Of a DNA stretch of 32,000 nt, positions 1 through 8,205 are shown one piece after another. The stretch's first letter is position 1. Each line of letters opens with the position of its first letter. The position numbers and the translations under genes were made by a program. Below the pieces are notes generated by a model. That model saw nothing but the letters and a program-made list of their open reading frames with translations, did no database searches and had not been told where the DNA came from. This DNA is from Geobacter metallireducens GS-15 (GTDB lineage Bacteria > Desulfobacterota > Desulfuromonadia > Geobacterales > Geobacteraceae): contig NC_007517.1 of the NCBI RefSeq assembly GCF_000012925.1, positions 2,040,001-2,072,000 on the forward strand, written 5' to 3'.

Positions 1-430
1 CATTTCCCGCCTCGGCGGCCAGCTTCTGGCCGTCAACCAGGAGTGAATCGGGGAACATGGCCGCGATCTTGCCGGGAAGGTCGTCCGGATAGGTCTCCTG
101 CCCAAGGAGAACCGATGGCGGTGGAATGCGCAGGTCGTTGGCAATCACTGTCCCACCGTTTTTCATGAGGGGAAGTGAGCGGTAGGTTTCCAGTATCTCG
201 AAGCCGAAAAGAATATCCCCTTCACCTTCGGGAATGATGGGGGAGTGAACTTCCCGGCCGTAACGGACGTGGGATACGACGCTCCCTCCCCGCTGGGACA
301 TGCCGTGGATCTCGCTTTTCTTTACGTCGTAACCGGCCTGCATGAAGGTCTCCGAAAGAACCTCCGAGGCGAGCAGAATCCCCTGCCCACCCACGCCGAC
401 AAGGAGGATGTTGGTGATGGTGTCGCTCAT
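1..430 (-). CDS. iorB: indolepyruvate:ferredoxin oxidoreductase beta subunit (3' end runs off the window)
   Basis: Own translation of the minus strand from ATG 430..428 gives MSDTITNILLVGVGGQGILLASEVLSETFMQAGYDVKKSEIHGMSQRGGSVVSHVRYG... and stays open to base 1. It has the GxGGQG motif of the 2-oxoacid:ferredoxin oxidoreductase gamma/IorB type. ATGA start/stop overlap with iorA at 427..430. It is absent from the ORF track only because it has no stop in the window. Confidence 0.8.
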   Translation of the reverse strand, partial: MSDTITNILLVGVGGQGILLASEVLSETFMQAGYDVKKSEIHGMSQRGGSVVSHVRYGREVHSPIIPEGEGDILFGFEILETYRSLPLMKNGGTVIANDLRIPPPSVLLGQETYPDDLPGKIAAMFPDSLLVDGQKLAAEAGN

Positions 431-2184
431 TTGGCACTCCCGATCGCGTTGAATTTGCAAAGCTGTCGGCAGACGTCGCATCCGTTGCAGAGCAGCGGGT
501 CGATGTATGCCTTCCCCTTCTTCCCGTCAGGGGCTGGCTGCCACTCGATGGCCGGACAGCCGATCTTGAGGCATGCTTTGCAGCCGGTGCAGTGATCCTG
601 GTCAATCGAGAGGAGAAGCCCTTTTTTGAATACCCCTTCACGCTTCACCAGCACACAGGGACGGTTGGTTATGATGACTGACGGCTCGGGGCGTTCCATC
701 TCCTCATTGAGCGCTGCACGGGTTTCTTCCAGGTTCAAGGGGTCGACCACCCGCACGTGCCTGATACCGACGGCCTTGCAGAGTTGCACAAGATCGACGG
801 CGTTGGTCTCGCCGCCCGACAGGGTCCAGCCGGAGGCGGGGTTATCCTGGCGTCCGGTCATGGCGGTTATCCGGTTGTCGAGGAGCACGACCGTGGCGGG
901 AGACTGATTGTAGGCCATCTCCATGAGACTGTTTATGCCGGTATGAAGGAAGGTGGAGTCGCCAATGACCGCCACCACTTTCTTCTTTTCTTCGGGGGAA
1001 AGGACCCGGACCATGCCGCTGGCGCTGCTTATGCTCGCACCCATGCAGACACAGGTATCCATGGCGTTGAGGGGGGGCATGAAGCCGAGGGTGTAGCAGC
1101 CGATATCGCCGGTGACGTATGCCTTGAGCTGGCTGAGGCTGTAAAAGACCCCCCGGTGGGGACAGCCGGGGCACATGTTGGGAGGACGACCCGGGAGCTT
1201 TTCAACGGTGGTCTGGCTTGCGTCAGGGAGGTTGAATGCCTTGCGGAGCCTTCCGGGGGTGAGCTCCCCGCAACGGGAGATGATCTCCTTGCCGATGACT
1301 GCGATGCCGGCGGCTTTCACCTGCTCCTCGATAAAGGGATCAAGCTCTTCGACAACGTACAGCTTCTTCACCTTGGCGGCAAACTCCTTAATGAGCGCCA
1401 TGGGGAGCGGATGGACCATGCCGAGTTTGAGGACCGACGCGGTGGGGAGCACCTCGCGCACATACTGGTACGAAACGCCGGCAGTGATGATGCCGATCTC
1501 GGTGTCACGCATCTCAATCCGGTTGAGGGTTGCCGTGGCGCCATACTCGGCAAGCTTCACGAGCCGCTCCTCCACGAACGGGTGACGGATCTTGGCGTTG
1601 CCGGGAAGCATGACGAGCTTGGAGGGGTTCTTTACGAGCTTCGGGGTCGGGAGACCGGCCACCGGTTCCGCCAGTTCAACGATGGATTTCCCGTGGGAAA
1701 TGCGGGTGCAGCTGCGGAGCATCACCGGGGTATCGAACTGCTCGGATAGTTCAAAGGCGATCCGGGTGAACTCCTTGCACTCCTGGGAGTCAGACGGCTC
1801 CAGCATCGGCACCTTGGCGAACTTGGCATAATTGCGGCTGTCCTGCTCGTTCTGGGACGAATGCATCTCCGGGTCGTCGGCAACCACCAGGACAAATCCC
1901 CCCCCGACGCCGGTATAGGACAGGGTGAACAGGGGATCGGCCGCCACGTTGACCCCCACGTGCTTCATGCACGCGATGGCCCGTCCGCCGCCAAAGGAGG
2001 CACCGATGGCCACCTCAACGGCAACCTTTTCGTTGGATGCCCAGGAGGCGTCTATTTCTTTGTAGTTGACGATAGTTTCGAGGATTTCTGTGGATGGGGT
2101 GCCGGGGTAGGCGCTGGCAACCTTCACCCCCGCCTCAAAAGCACCCCGAGCGATGGCTTCGTTGCCGGAAAGAATTTCCTTCAT
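427..2184 (-). CDS. iorA: indolepyruvate:ferredoxin oxidoreductase alpha subunit (TPP-dependent, two 4Fe-4S motifs)
   Basis: 585-aa ORF. N-terminus MKEILSGNEAIARGAFEAGVKVASAYPGTPSTEI, TPP-type GDSTFLHTG, and C-terminal CTGCKACLKIGCP plus CNGCDVCRQLC ferredoxin-like motifs. Coupled to iorB. Confidence 0.9.
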   Translation of the reverse strand: MKEILSGNEAIARGAFEAGVKVASAYPGTPSTEILETIVNYKEIDASWASNEKVAVEVAIGASFGGGRAIACMKHVGVNVAADPLFTLSYTGVGGGFVLVVADDPEMHSSQNEQDSRNYAKFAKVPMLEPSDSQECKEFTRIAFELSEQFDTPVMLRSCTRISHGKSIVELAEPVAGLPTPKLVKNPSKLVMLPGNAKIRHPFVEERLVKLAEYGATATLNRIEMRDTEIGIITAGVSYQYVREVLPTASVLKLGMVHPLPMALIKEFAAKVKKLYVVEELDPFIEEQVKAAGIAVIGKEIISRCGELTPGRLRKAFNLPDASQTTVEKLPGRPPNMCPGCPHRGVFYSLSQLKAYVTGDIGCYTLGFMPPLNAMDTCVCMGASISSASGMVRVLSPEEKKKVVAVIGDSTFLHTGINSLMEMAYNQSPATVVLLDNRITAMTGRQDNPASGWTLSGGETNAVDLVQLCKAVGIRHVRVVDPLNLEETRAALNEEMERPEPSVIITNRPCVLVKREGVFKKGLLLSIDQDHCTGCKACLKIGCPAIEWQPAPDGKKGKAYIDPLLCNGCDVCRQLCKFNAIGSAK

Positions 2185-2202
2185 GGTGTGTATAATCCCT
2201 GG

Positions 2203-2231
2203 AAAATAAAATAAGGGGAAAGCCCCCCTTA
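2203..2231 (-). terminator. intrinsic-terminator-like hairpin plus U-tract between ppx and iorA
   Basis: Minus strand reads AAGGGG-GGCTTT-CCCCTT followed by ATTTTATTTT. It ends about 19 nt before the iorA ATG. Confidence 0.45.
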
Positions 2232-2242
2232 ACGGTTCAAGG

Positions 2243-2272
2243 ACTATACAAAATAAGCGGATTGTAAGTCAA
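2243..2272 (-). promoter_or_regulatory. candidate sigma70 promoter for iorAB (TTGACT-N18-TATAGT)
   Basis: Minus strand: -35 TTGACT (2272..2267) and -10 TATAGT (2248..2243). The predicted TSS is only a few nt upstream of the hairpin at 2213..2230. Confidence 0.4.
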
Positions 2273-2313
2273 CTCCTTTGGGTTTTTAGAGCTTTTGTAG
2301 GGGTTTGATACTA

Positions 2314-3228
2314 TCAAACGCCGAGGCCAAGCAACACTCCCTCCAAAAGCCCGAAGTCGCTCACGGTCATCCGGTCAAAACCGAAGACATCCATAGTCTT
2401 GAGGGTGATGAGGATGCCCGCGATTATGAGGTCTTCACGTCCCTTTTCGAGCCCGGGCACCGTAAGGCGTTCTTCTGAAGATAGGGGAAGGAGCATCGTA
2501 AAGATCCTCCCGATCTCATCACGGGTGATGACATGATTGTTCACGCGGCGGTAGTCATAGTCGGTCATCTGGAGGCTGATGGCTGCCAGGGTTGTTGCCG
2601 TGCCGGCAGTACCGACGAGCGTTGCCCCATCGAGGCGTCCCCGGAGGCCCTCCCCTTCAAGACTTTTCCCGAGCCCGGCCAGTTCCCTGCCGATTTTTTC
2701 TTCCATGGCCGGGACATCGGGTTTCCCTTCGGTGAGCCTGACCACTCCGAGGGGGAGACTCTCGGTATGGAGCGGCCTGCGTGATTCGGCCAGGGTGTAC
2801 TCGGTGCTCCCTCCTCCCACATCAAAAACGAAGAAGTCCCCTTCCTTGCGGTTCAATCCCGAAATCACCCCAGCCAATGTCAACAGCCCCTCCTCCTCAC
2901 CGTCGATCACCTCCAACCGGATGCCGGTCCGCTCAGTCACCTCGCTGCAGAACGCGGCGCCATTGACTGCATCGCGGACCGCACTCGTGGCAACGGCCCT
3001 CAGCCGCGTAACGCCTCCCCGTTTCATCTCTGCGGCAAAATCAATCAATGCATCGAGGGAGCGTTGCCACGCCTCGGGAGAAATCCCGGCCTCCCGAGTG
3101 AATCCCCCGCCAAGTCGTGTTATGCGGCGCTTGACGAGAATCGGGGCCACAGCTCCTCCCTCCACTTTCCCGATGAGGAGCCGAGCCGTGTTGGTGCCAA
3201 GGTCAATGGATGCCAGTACGTCATGCAT
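2314..3228 (-). CDS. Ppx/GppA-family phosphatase (short, ASKHA-fold only)
   Basis: 304 aa. N-terminal DLGTNTARLLIG phosphate-binding motif and FDVGGGSTE second ASKHA motif. TGATG one-base stop/start overlap with the upstream Na/Pi transporter gene at 3228. Confidence 0.85.
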   Translation of the reverse strand: MHDVLASIDLGTNTARLLIGKVEGGAVAPILVKRRITRLGGGFTREAGISPEAWQRSLDALIDFAAEMKRGGVTRLRAVATSAVRDAVNGAAFCSEVTERTGIRLEVIDGEEEGLLTLAGVISGLNRKEGDFFVFDVGGGSTEYTLAESRRPLHTESLPLGVVRLTEGKPDVPAMEEKIGRELAGLGKSLEGEGLRGRLDGATLVGTAGTATTLAAISLQMTDYDYRRVNNHVITRDEIGRIFTMLLPLSSEERLTVPGLEKGREDLIIAGILITLKTMDVFGFDRMTVSDFGLLEGVLLGLGV

Positions 3229-4859
3229 CAGGTGAATTCCCTCCTGGTTTCTATGATGGTGAGACAGGAATCGGCTACTTTGGCAAACGCCGAAATCATG
3301 TCAGCGTAGATGATCCCGGCCCGCACTGTGCACTTGCCGGTGGAGAGGCGCTTGATATGCCCATTGAGCATCGCCTCCCGCATCTGCACCACCTCGTCCC
3401 TCAGCCCCCGCCCCTTTTCAATGGCATCCGCGGCAGGAGTTTCGATTGTTTCCACCGCCAGAGCAACCATTTCCTCTGCCTTGCGCGCCAGATTCCTGAT
3501 CTCGTGCATTGCCGTGGTTGAGAAGAGGAGTTTTTCCTCTTTCTTCTTTCGCAAATAATCGAGGATCGCCTCAGACTGGTCCGCAACATGCTCAAGCTCA
3601 CTGATGAGCTGCAGCATGACCGGAATATCCATTGACTCTTCCGGTGGGAGCGGCTGCCGCGAAAGGGTCACCAAAAAATCGGACAGATCCCTCTGGAGGA
3701 TGTCGATGGTGTTCTCCTTCTGGGCAATGGCAGTGGACTTCTTGGCATCATAGCGGAAGAACTGCTCGACCATTTCATCGTACATGGTGCGGGTGATTCC
3801 GGCCATTCTTCTCAGTTCGTTCCGGGCCTGGAGAAGTGCGATGGGAGGGGTGTTGATGACGCGGTTGTCAATGAAGACCGTCCGTGCTTCGACACTGGAA
3901 GCCCGCTCGCTGCCGGGAATGATGCGAGGGGCCGAGCGGGCGAAGAAGCCGATGAGGGGAAGGAAGATGCAGGCGCTGAGGATGCTGAAGACCGTGTGGG
4001 TATTGGCCAGCACCCGCGAAACCGAGGCTGACGAGGAAAGATCCGCAGGCGACAGGGTAACGACGAACTCGATGAATGCAGGAAAAAAGAGCATCACAAC
4101 GGTAACGGCAAATATATTGATTACAAAGTAGAAAAAGACTGCGCGCTTCGCTTCAAGGGTACCCCCTATGGATGCAACAGCAGTGATGACCGATGTGCCG
4201 ACAAGTTCGCCGATGACCATTGCGGCACCCGTCTCGAAGGAGACGAGCCCGCTTCCTGCCAGGGCCATGACGATGCCGATCGCGGTACTTCCCGACTGCA
4301 CGAGGAGGGTGAGGAGTGCCCCGAAGAGAACGGCTGTAAGGTGCTTGGAAATCAAGAACGTGTCGTGGCCGAAGATTATGGCGTTCTGCTGCAGGGGCTG
4401 GAGATTTGCCTCCATTACGCGGAGGCCGAGAAAGAGGAGCCCTGCGCCGAGTAGCAACTCGCCGGCGTTCACCCAGCGGCGGCGGCGCACGAAGAACCTG
4501 AGTGCCACCCCGATGAAGATAGCGGGAAGGGCGAAGGAAGTAATCTTGAAGGCGATGAACTGGACCGCCAGTGTCGTGCCGATGCCGGTGCCGAGGAGAA
4601 TTCCCAGGGCCTGGTAGAGGGAAATGAGCCCGGCGTTGACAAAGCCGATGGTAATGATGCAGGCGGCGCTCGACGATTGGAGAAGTGACGAAAGTGAACT
4701 GCCAAGAAGGGCCGCGGCCAGCCGATTACCGGCAACCCTCTCCAGAGTTCGGCGGAACCTGTCGCCGGCAAGCTTCTGGAGTCCTTCGGTCATGGTCTTC
4801 ATGCCGAGGATGAAAAGGCCGAGCCCCCCCAGGGCCTCAAGGACATAGAGGATAGTCAT
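3228..4859 (-). CDS. Na/Pi-cotransporter family membrane protein with C-terminal PhoU-like region
   Basis: 543 aa and multi-TM. Duplicated QSSSA / QSGSTA signature (LLQSSSAACIITIGF and LVQSGSTAIGIVMALA). Soluble helical C-terminal third typical of NptA/YjbB-type proteins. Confidence 0.85.
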   Translation of the reverse strand: MTILYVLEALGGLGLFILGMKTMTEGLQKLAGDRFRRTLERVAGNRLAAALLGSSLSSLLQSSSAACIITIGFVNAGLISLYQALGILLGTGIGTTLAVQFIAFKITSFALPAIFIGVALRFFVRRRRWVNAGELLLGAGLLFLGLRVMEANLQPLQQNAIIFGHDTFLISKHLTAVLFGALLTLLVQSGSTAIGIVMALAGSGLVSFETGAAMVIGELVGTSVITAVASIGGTLEAKRAVFFYFVINIFAVTVVMLFFPAFIEFVVTLSPADLSSSASVSRVLANTHTVFSILSACIFLPLIGFFARSAPRIIPGSERASSVEARTVFIDNRVINTPPIALLQARNELRRMAGITRTMYDEMVEQFFRYDAKKSTAIAQKENTIDILQRDLSDFLVTLSRQPLPPEESMDIPVMLQLISELEHVADQSEAILDYLRKKKEEKLLFSTTAMHEIRNLARKAEEMVALAVETIETPAADAIEKGRGLRDEVVQMREAMLNGHIKRLSTGKCTVRAGIIYADMISAFAKVADSCLTIIETRREFT

Positions 4860-4880
4860 GGACGTCCGTGTCCTTGCGCG

Positions 4881-5519
4881 TTATTTGGAGATGACAAAGG
4901 GGAAGGTAAAATCGGGCGGTGCGGATTTTGACGCCCCCTTCCGGAAGACGAGGAGCTTCATTCCCTTTATTGCTGCCAGATCGATCCTGAAATAGACGAG
5001 TCCCTCCGCCGTGGCTCCGGGAATAACAGTGGCGGCGTTGAGTGCCCGGGTAAAGATGTCCTGGGGATAGACTTCATAGTAATAGGGAAGTTGGGATCCG
5101 GTTTCAGTGTACGAAGATGTCCTCTCGTAATCTTCCAGATAGTAAAACCCCACATAGGGATAGGGAATCAGGTAGTAGGAATCGCGTGAAACTATTTCCT
5201 TTACCCGCTCGGGTGTAAGAGGGAGATGCTGGCGGTTCTGGTCATCAAGGAGAACGAACGAGTCGACGCCGAACCCCACCTCCCGGTCGGTCCGGTTATG
5301 GATGCTGACATCGAATGCGGTGACCGTTCCGTCGAGATTGTAGGAAACCATTTCCCGGTCGGAATTCGCCGCCGTGATGGCTATACCATCATTCGTAATT
5401 GTCTGGGAATTGTCGGCGGTGTTGATGACCCCTTGGGGAACCTGCTGCGGGACAACCTTGAGAGAGCACCCCGCAAGGAAAAGAGCACCACAGAGGAACG
5501 AAAGCACCAAAGTTCTCAT
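4881..5519 (-). CDS. lipoprotein of unknown function
   Basis: I chose the internal ATG at 5519 (MRTLVLSFLCGALFLAGCSL), which gives a classical lipobox LAGC. The track ORF extends to 5588 with a non-signal-like leader. No recognisable domain. Confidence 0.65.
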   Translation of the reverse strand: MRTLVLSFLCGALFLAGCSLKVVPQQVPQGVINTADNSQTITNDGIAITAANSDREMVSYNLDGTVTAFDVSIHNRTDREVGFGVDSFVLLDDQNRQHLPLTPERVKEIVSRDSYYLIPYPYVGFYYLEDYERTSSYTETGSQLPYYYEVYPQDIFTRALNAATVIPGATAEGLVYFRIDLAAIKGMKLLVFRKGASKSAPPDFTFPFVISK

Positions 5520-5578
5520 TGCATATACCCCCTGCAGGAAATCGGTTCTGTTACAGGCCACGCTTGAACTTGAAAAAC

Positions 5579-5607
5579 AGTGTAGCACGTCCCGGTCATG
5601 CTGTCAG
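5579..5607 (-). promoter_or_regulatory. candidate sigma70 promoter for the lipoprotein/NaPi/ppx genes (CTGACA-N17-TACACT)
   Basis: Read on the minus strand within the 150-nt spacer 5520..5669. Confidence 0.3.
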
Positions 5608-5669
5608 GAACCAATCCCCCCCGGTAATCGAAAAGCCCCCTCAGGCGCAACTCCACTGACAGTTTCCGG

Positions 5670-6113
5670 TTATGGCTGCCGGTTCCCCACCGTTGAGACA
5701 TGAGCAGTTGCAAAGGAATCAGGAAAAGAGACCACCCTGATGAAGGTAGTCTTTTCCGCTTCGCGACTGGATGCAGCAGCAATGTACAAGTTGAGTCCGG
5801 ATCTGAGTCGTGACCGGAGATACCGATGTGCTTCAAGGGCAAGCAGTAACGAATTTCTGACCCGTTCCTCCCGACTGGCTCCCCAGGATGCATTTGCCTC
5901 AATCTTGACAACTCGACCGGAGTCAAGGGTGGCAAGTCTGGAAACGAAAGAATCAAGTTCTCGCCGTACCCTCGTGTCGAAGCAGGGAGCCCTGCCCCCC
6001 AGGCGCACCGTACCGATCTCTTCTTCCTGAATTGACGATGCCTGGGGATAGACAGAGACAGGAATAGAGATCAGTAATGCCGAGAGAAGAAGGAGAGGAA
6101 CAGCCGATTTCAT
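5670..6113 (-). CDS. exported hypothetical protein
   Basis: I chose the start at MKSAVPLLLLSALLISIPVSVYPQASS (signal peptide). This ATG at 6111..6113 overlaps the TGA of the upstream OmpA-family gene (TGATG). No recognisable domain. Confidence 0.55.
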   Translation of the reverse strand: MKSAVPLLLLSALLISIPVSVYPQASSIQEEEIGTVRLGGRAPCFDTRVRRELDSFVSRLATLDSGRVVKIEANASWGASREERVRNSLLLALEAHRYLRSRLRSGLNLYIAAASSREAEKTTFIRVVSFPDSFATAHVSTVGNRQP

Positions 6114-7684
6114 CAGCTTTCCTTGGGGATAAGGAAGAGAATCTCGCACCGGCGATTCAACTTTCTCCCGTCAGAAGTTGCATTGTCTGCCAGCGGCTTG
6201 GACTTGCCGAGCCCCTTGATGAAGATCTTGGCCGCATCAATTCCCTCCCGTGCAACGAGGTAGCTGGCCACGGAAACGGCGCGCTTGAGGGAAAGATCCA
6301 TGTTGTAGTCGGTCGAGCCAATATTGTCGGTATAGCCGTCAACCCTGAGATAAACCCACTTCGTGTCCTTTCGGACCAGCTCTGCAACCTCGGAGATGGA
6401 CTTCTTTCCCTCCGCCGAGAGACTCCACTGGTCAAAGTCGAAGGTGACGTCCGGGAAGCGAAATTTTCGATAGACCTTCATGCTGTCGGCAATATCCCCA
6501 TCACGGGCCGAGGCAACCTGAACGTTCTGCCCCTTCACATCGACACTGTAGAGAGGAGTGATCCCTTCGAGACGGGCAAGGGTATACTCAAGGGCGGAGT
6601 TTTCCAGAGTCCCCGAAACCCGTGACGCCAGCCGGACTTCTTCCCCTCCCTGAGTCAGGGAAACCTCTTCAAGGGTGGCGGAAGAAACGGCCTTGGCTGC
6701 AGCAGGTTGAGCCGAAATAGTCACTTGACCGTAGGGCTTGATGGTGATCTCCTCCTTACCGGGCTCAACCGTAACCTCAAGCTTGTTGGCCGGCGCCTGA
6801 GGTGCAAGGGAGCTGACAAGAAGCGAGGAAATGGGGATAATCTTGCGGATTTTGACTGGTTCCTTCTTTTTTTGTTCATCAAGAGGGTCCAGTCCCTGTC
6901 CAAGTCGTGGCACCGGCTTAACGTAGCTGCCGACCCCCTGACAGGCAGTCAGGCCGAAAATCGCACGCCAATCGGGGCTGCCATCGGCAAAACCGATACT
7001 GCCGGCCAAGTTGAGAGTAAGATGGGGGGAGAGATAGTACTGGAAACCAACCAGTCCCTCCAATGAATCCGCAAGGGCTGGATCACGGCTGGTGTTACCG
7101 GTAAGTTCGCCAGTGACTCTCATTCGGAGCGCCGGTGAATACTCTATGCCCACGCCGTAAAGAATCTCATTATCGAAATTTTTGCCCTCAGGAGAGCCAG
7201 CCAGCAGGTACCCGGAATAGGCATGGACCCCGAACCGGTCCGTGGTGTAGGAAGCGATGACCTTCCCACCACCATTTGTGGTACCGTCTACAGCTGCGTC
7301 CTCTGATATCTGGCGCTGAAGGAACAGATCAAGCGCCAGCTTAAAGGGTGAACTCCGCTTCCCAATTACCCTGAGCTTTGACCCCAGTTCGGCGTACCCT
7401 TGCCCCGCCTTCTCCTCGTCGCCGTTAAAAAGAAGGTTCGGATATGAGCCGTAGAGTTCCCAGAAAGTACCAATGCCGAGGGTAAGAGCAACAGGAACAG
7501 TCAGTGCGTTGTCGCTGTTCTTCGCCGTGCTGATTCCCCAAGCCCCCACGCAGATATTCCCTGCGTCGAGCGTTTCGGCCGAAGGCACCGTGATGAGGCC
7601 CGTCGAGCCGTTCATGGCGGGGTTGGCAAAGGCCGATGCGGCAAAGACAAGGGCCGCTATGATAAAAACACAAAGTCTTGTCAT
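6113..7684 (-). CDS. outer-membrane protein: N-terminal beta-barrel-like region fused to a C-terminal OmpA/peptidoglycan-binding domain
   Basis: 523 aa. Signal peptide MTRLCVFIIAALVFAASAFA. N-terminal NGSTGLITVPSAETLDAGN resembles YjbH/GfcD-type barrels. The C-terminus DGYTDNIGSTDYNMDLSLKRAVSVASYL...NRRCEILF is a canonical OmpA_C motif. Confidence 0.8.
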   Translation of the reverse strand: MTRLCVFIIAALVFAASAFANPAMNGSTGLITVPSAETLDAGNICVGAWGISTAKNSDNALTVPVALTLGIGTFWELYGSYPNLLFNGDEEKAGQGYAELGSKLRVIGKRSSPFKLALDLFLQRQISEDAAVDGTTNGGGKVIASYTTDRFGVHAYSGYLLAGSPEGKNFDNEILYGVGIEYSPALRMRVTGELTGNTSRDPALADSLEGLVGFQYYLSPHLTLNLAGSIGFADGSPDWRAIFGLTACQGVGSYVKPVPRLGQGLDPLDEQKKKEPVKIRKIIPISSLLVSSLAPQAPANKLEVTVEPGKEEITIKPYGQVTISAQPAAAKAVSSATLEEVSLTQGGEEVRLASRVSGTLENSALEYTLARLEGITPLYSVDVKGQNVQVASARDGDIADSMKVYRKFRFPDVTFDFDQWSLSAEGKKSISEVAELVRKDTKWVYLRVDGYTDNIGSTDYNMDLSLKRAVSVASYLVAREGIDAAKIFIKGLGKSKPLADNATSDGRKLNRRCEILFLIPKES

Positions 7685-7813
7685 GAAGAGTTAGCGCCTT
7701 GCGTACCTGGTGGGTCCGACGACACCAAAGGGGTTTCGAACAGAGACAATTTTTTGTCAACGGCTGCTGAACTTCCGACAGAGCTGGTGATACCGGAACG
7801 CCGGCGCAAGGGG

Positions 7814-8095
7814 TTACTGACCGTTATCGACCCGCTCCTTGAGTTCCTTGCCGACTTTGAAGAACGGAAGCTTTTTCGGTTTCACTTCAATGGGGTCACC
7901 CGTTTTGGGGTTTCTGCCCGTATAAGCCTTGTAATCCTTGACGACAAAACTCCCGAAGCCGCGAATCTCGATCCGCTCGTTCCGCACCATGGCGTCAGTC
8001 ATTGCATCGAAGACTATGGAGACAATCTCCTCCGCCTTCTTGTAGGTGAGCCCTTTTTCTGCCGCCAATGCCTCAATAAGTTCAGACTTGTTCAT
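7814..8095 (-). CDS. ihfB: integration host factor beta subunit (HU/IHF family)
   Basis: Start moved to ATG 8095, preceded by GGAGGAGG. MNKSELIEALA...RIEIRGFGSFVVKDYKAYTGRNPKTGDPIEVKPKKLPFFKVGKELKERV matches the IHF-beta pattern. The track ORF's 40-aa N-terminal extension is not IHF-like. Confidence 0.85.
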   Translation of the reverse strand: MNKSELIEALAAEKGLTYKKAEEIVSIVFDAMTDAMVRNERIEIRGFGSFVVKDYKAYTGRNPKTGDPIEVKPKKLPFFKVGKELKERVDNGQ

Positions 8096-8133
8096 CACAA
8101 CCTCCTCCCGGTTAGGTATCGAGAAAGAATTGC

Positions 8134-8149
8134 AGAGACGTACGTCTCT
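8134..8149. repeat. 16-bp perfect palindrome AGAGACGTACGTCTCT upstream of ihfB
   Basis: Read directly; the reverse complement is identical. It lies 39-54 nt upstream of the ihfB ATG (8095), in the 110-nt spacer after the TPR gene. Confidence 0.95.
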
Positions 8150-8205
8150 CATGAAAGCTCTTCGGCATGCGGACTCGAAAACTTTAGTAAATTCGCCAAG
8201 AATCT

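Noticed and set aside
757-1749. 330-aa plus-strand ORF antisense to iorA
   Set aside because: It lies entirely inside the well-supported iorA gene. Its Gly/Ala/His/Arg-rich composition is typical of antisense frames in GC-rich coding DNA. It has no SD and no recognisable motif.
2191-2196. Perfect TATAAT on the plus strand next to the iorA start codon
   Set aside because: There is no acceptable -35 at 16-19 nt. It would drive only antisense transcription into ppx, so it is probably fortuitous in an AT-rich leader.
5516-5956. 146-aa minus-strand ORF overlapping the exported-protein gene
   Set aside because: The competing frame 5670..6113 has a signal peptide and TGATG coupling to the upstream gene. 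This ORF has neither.
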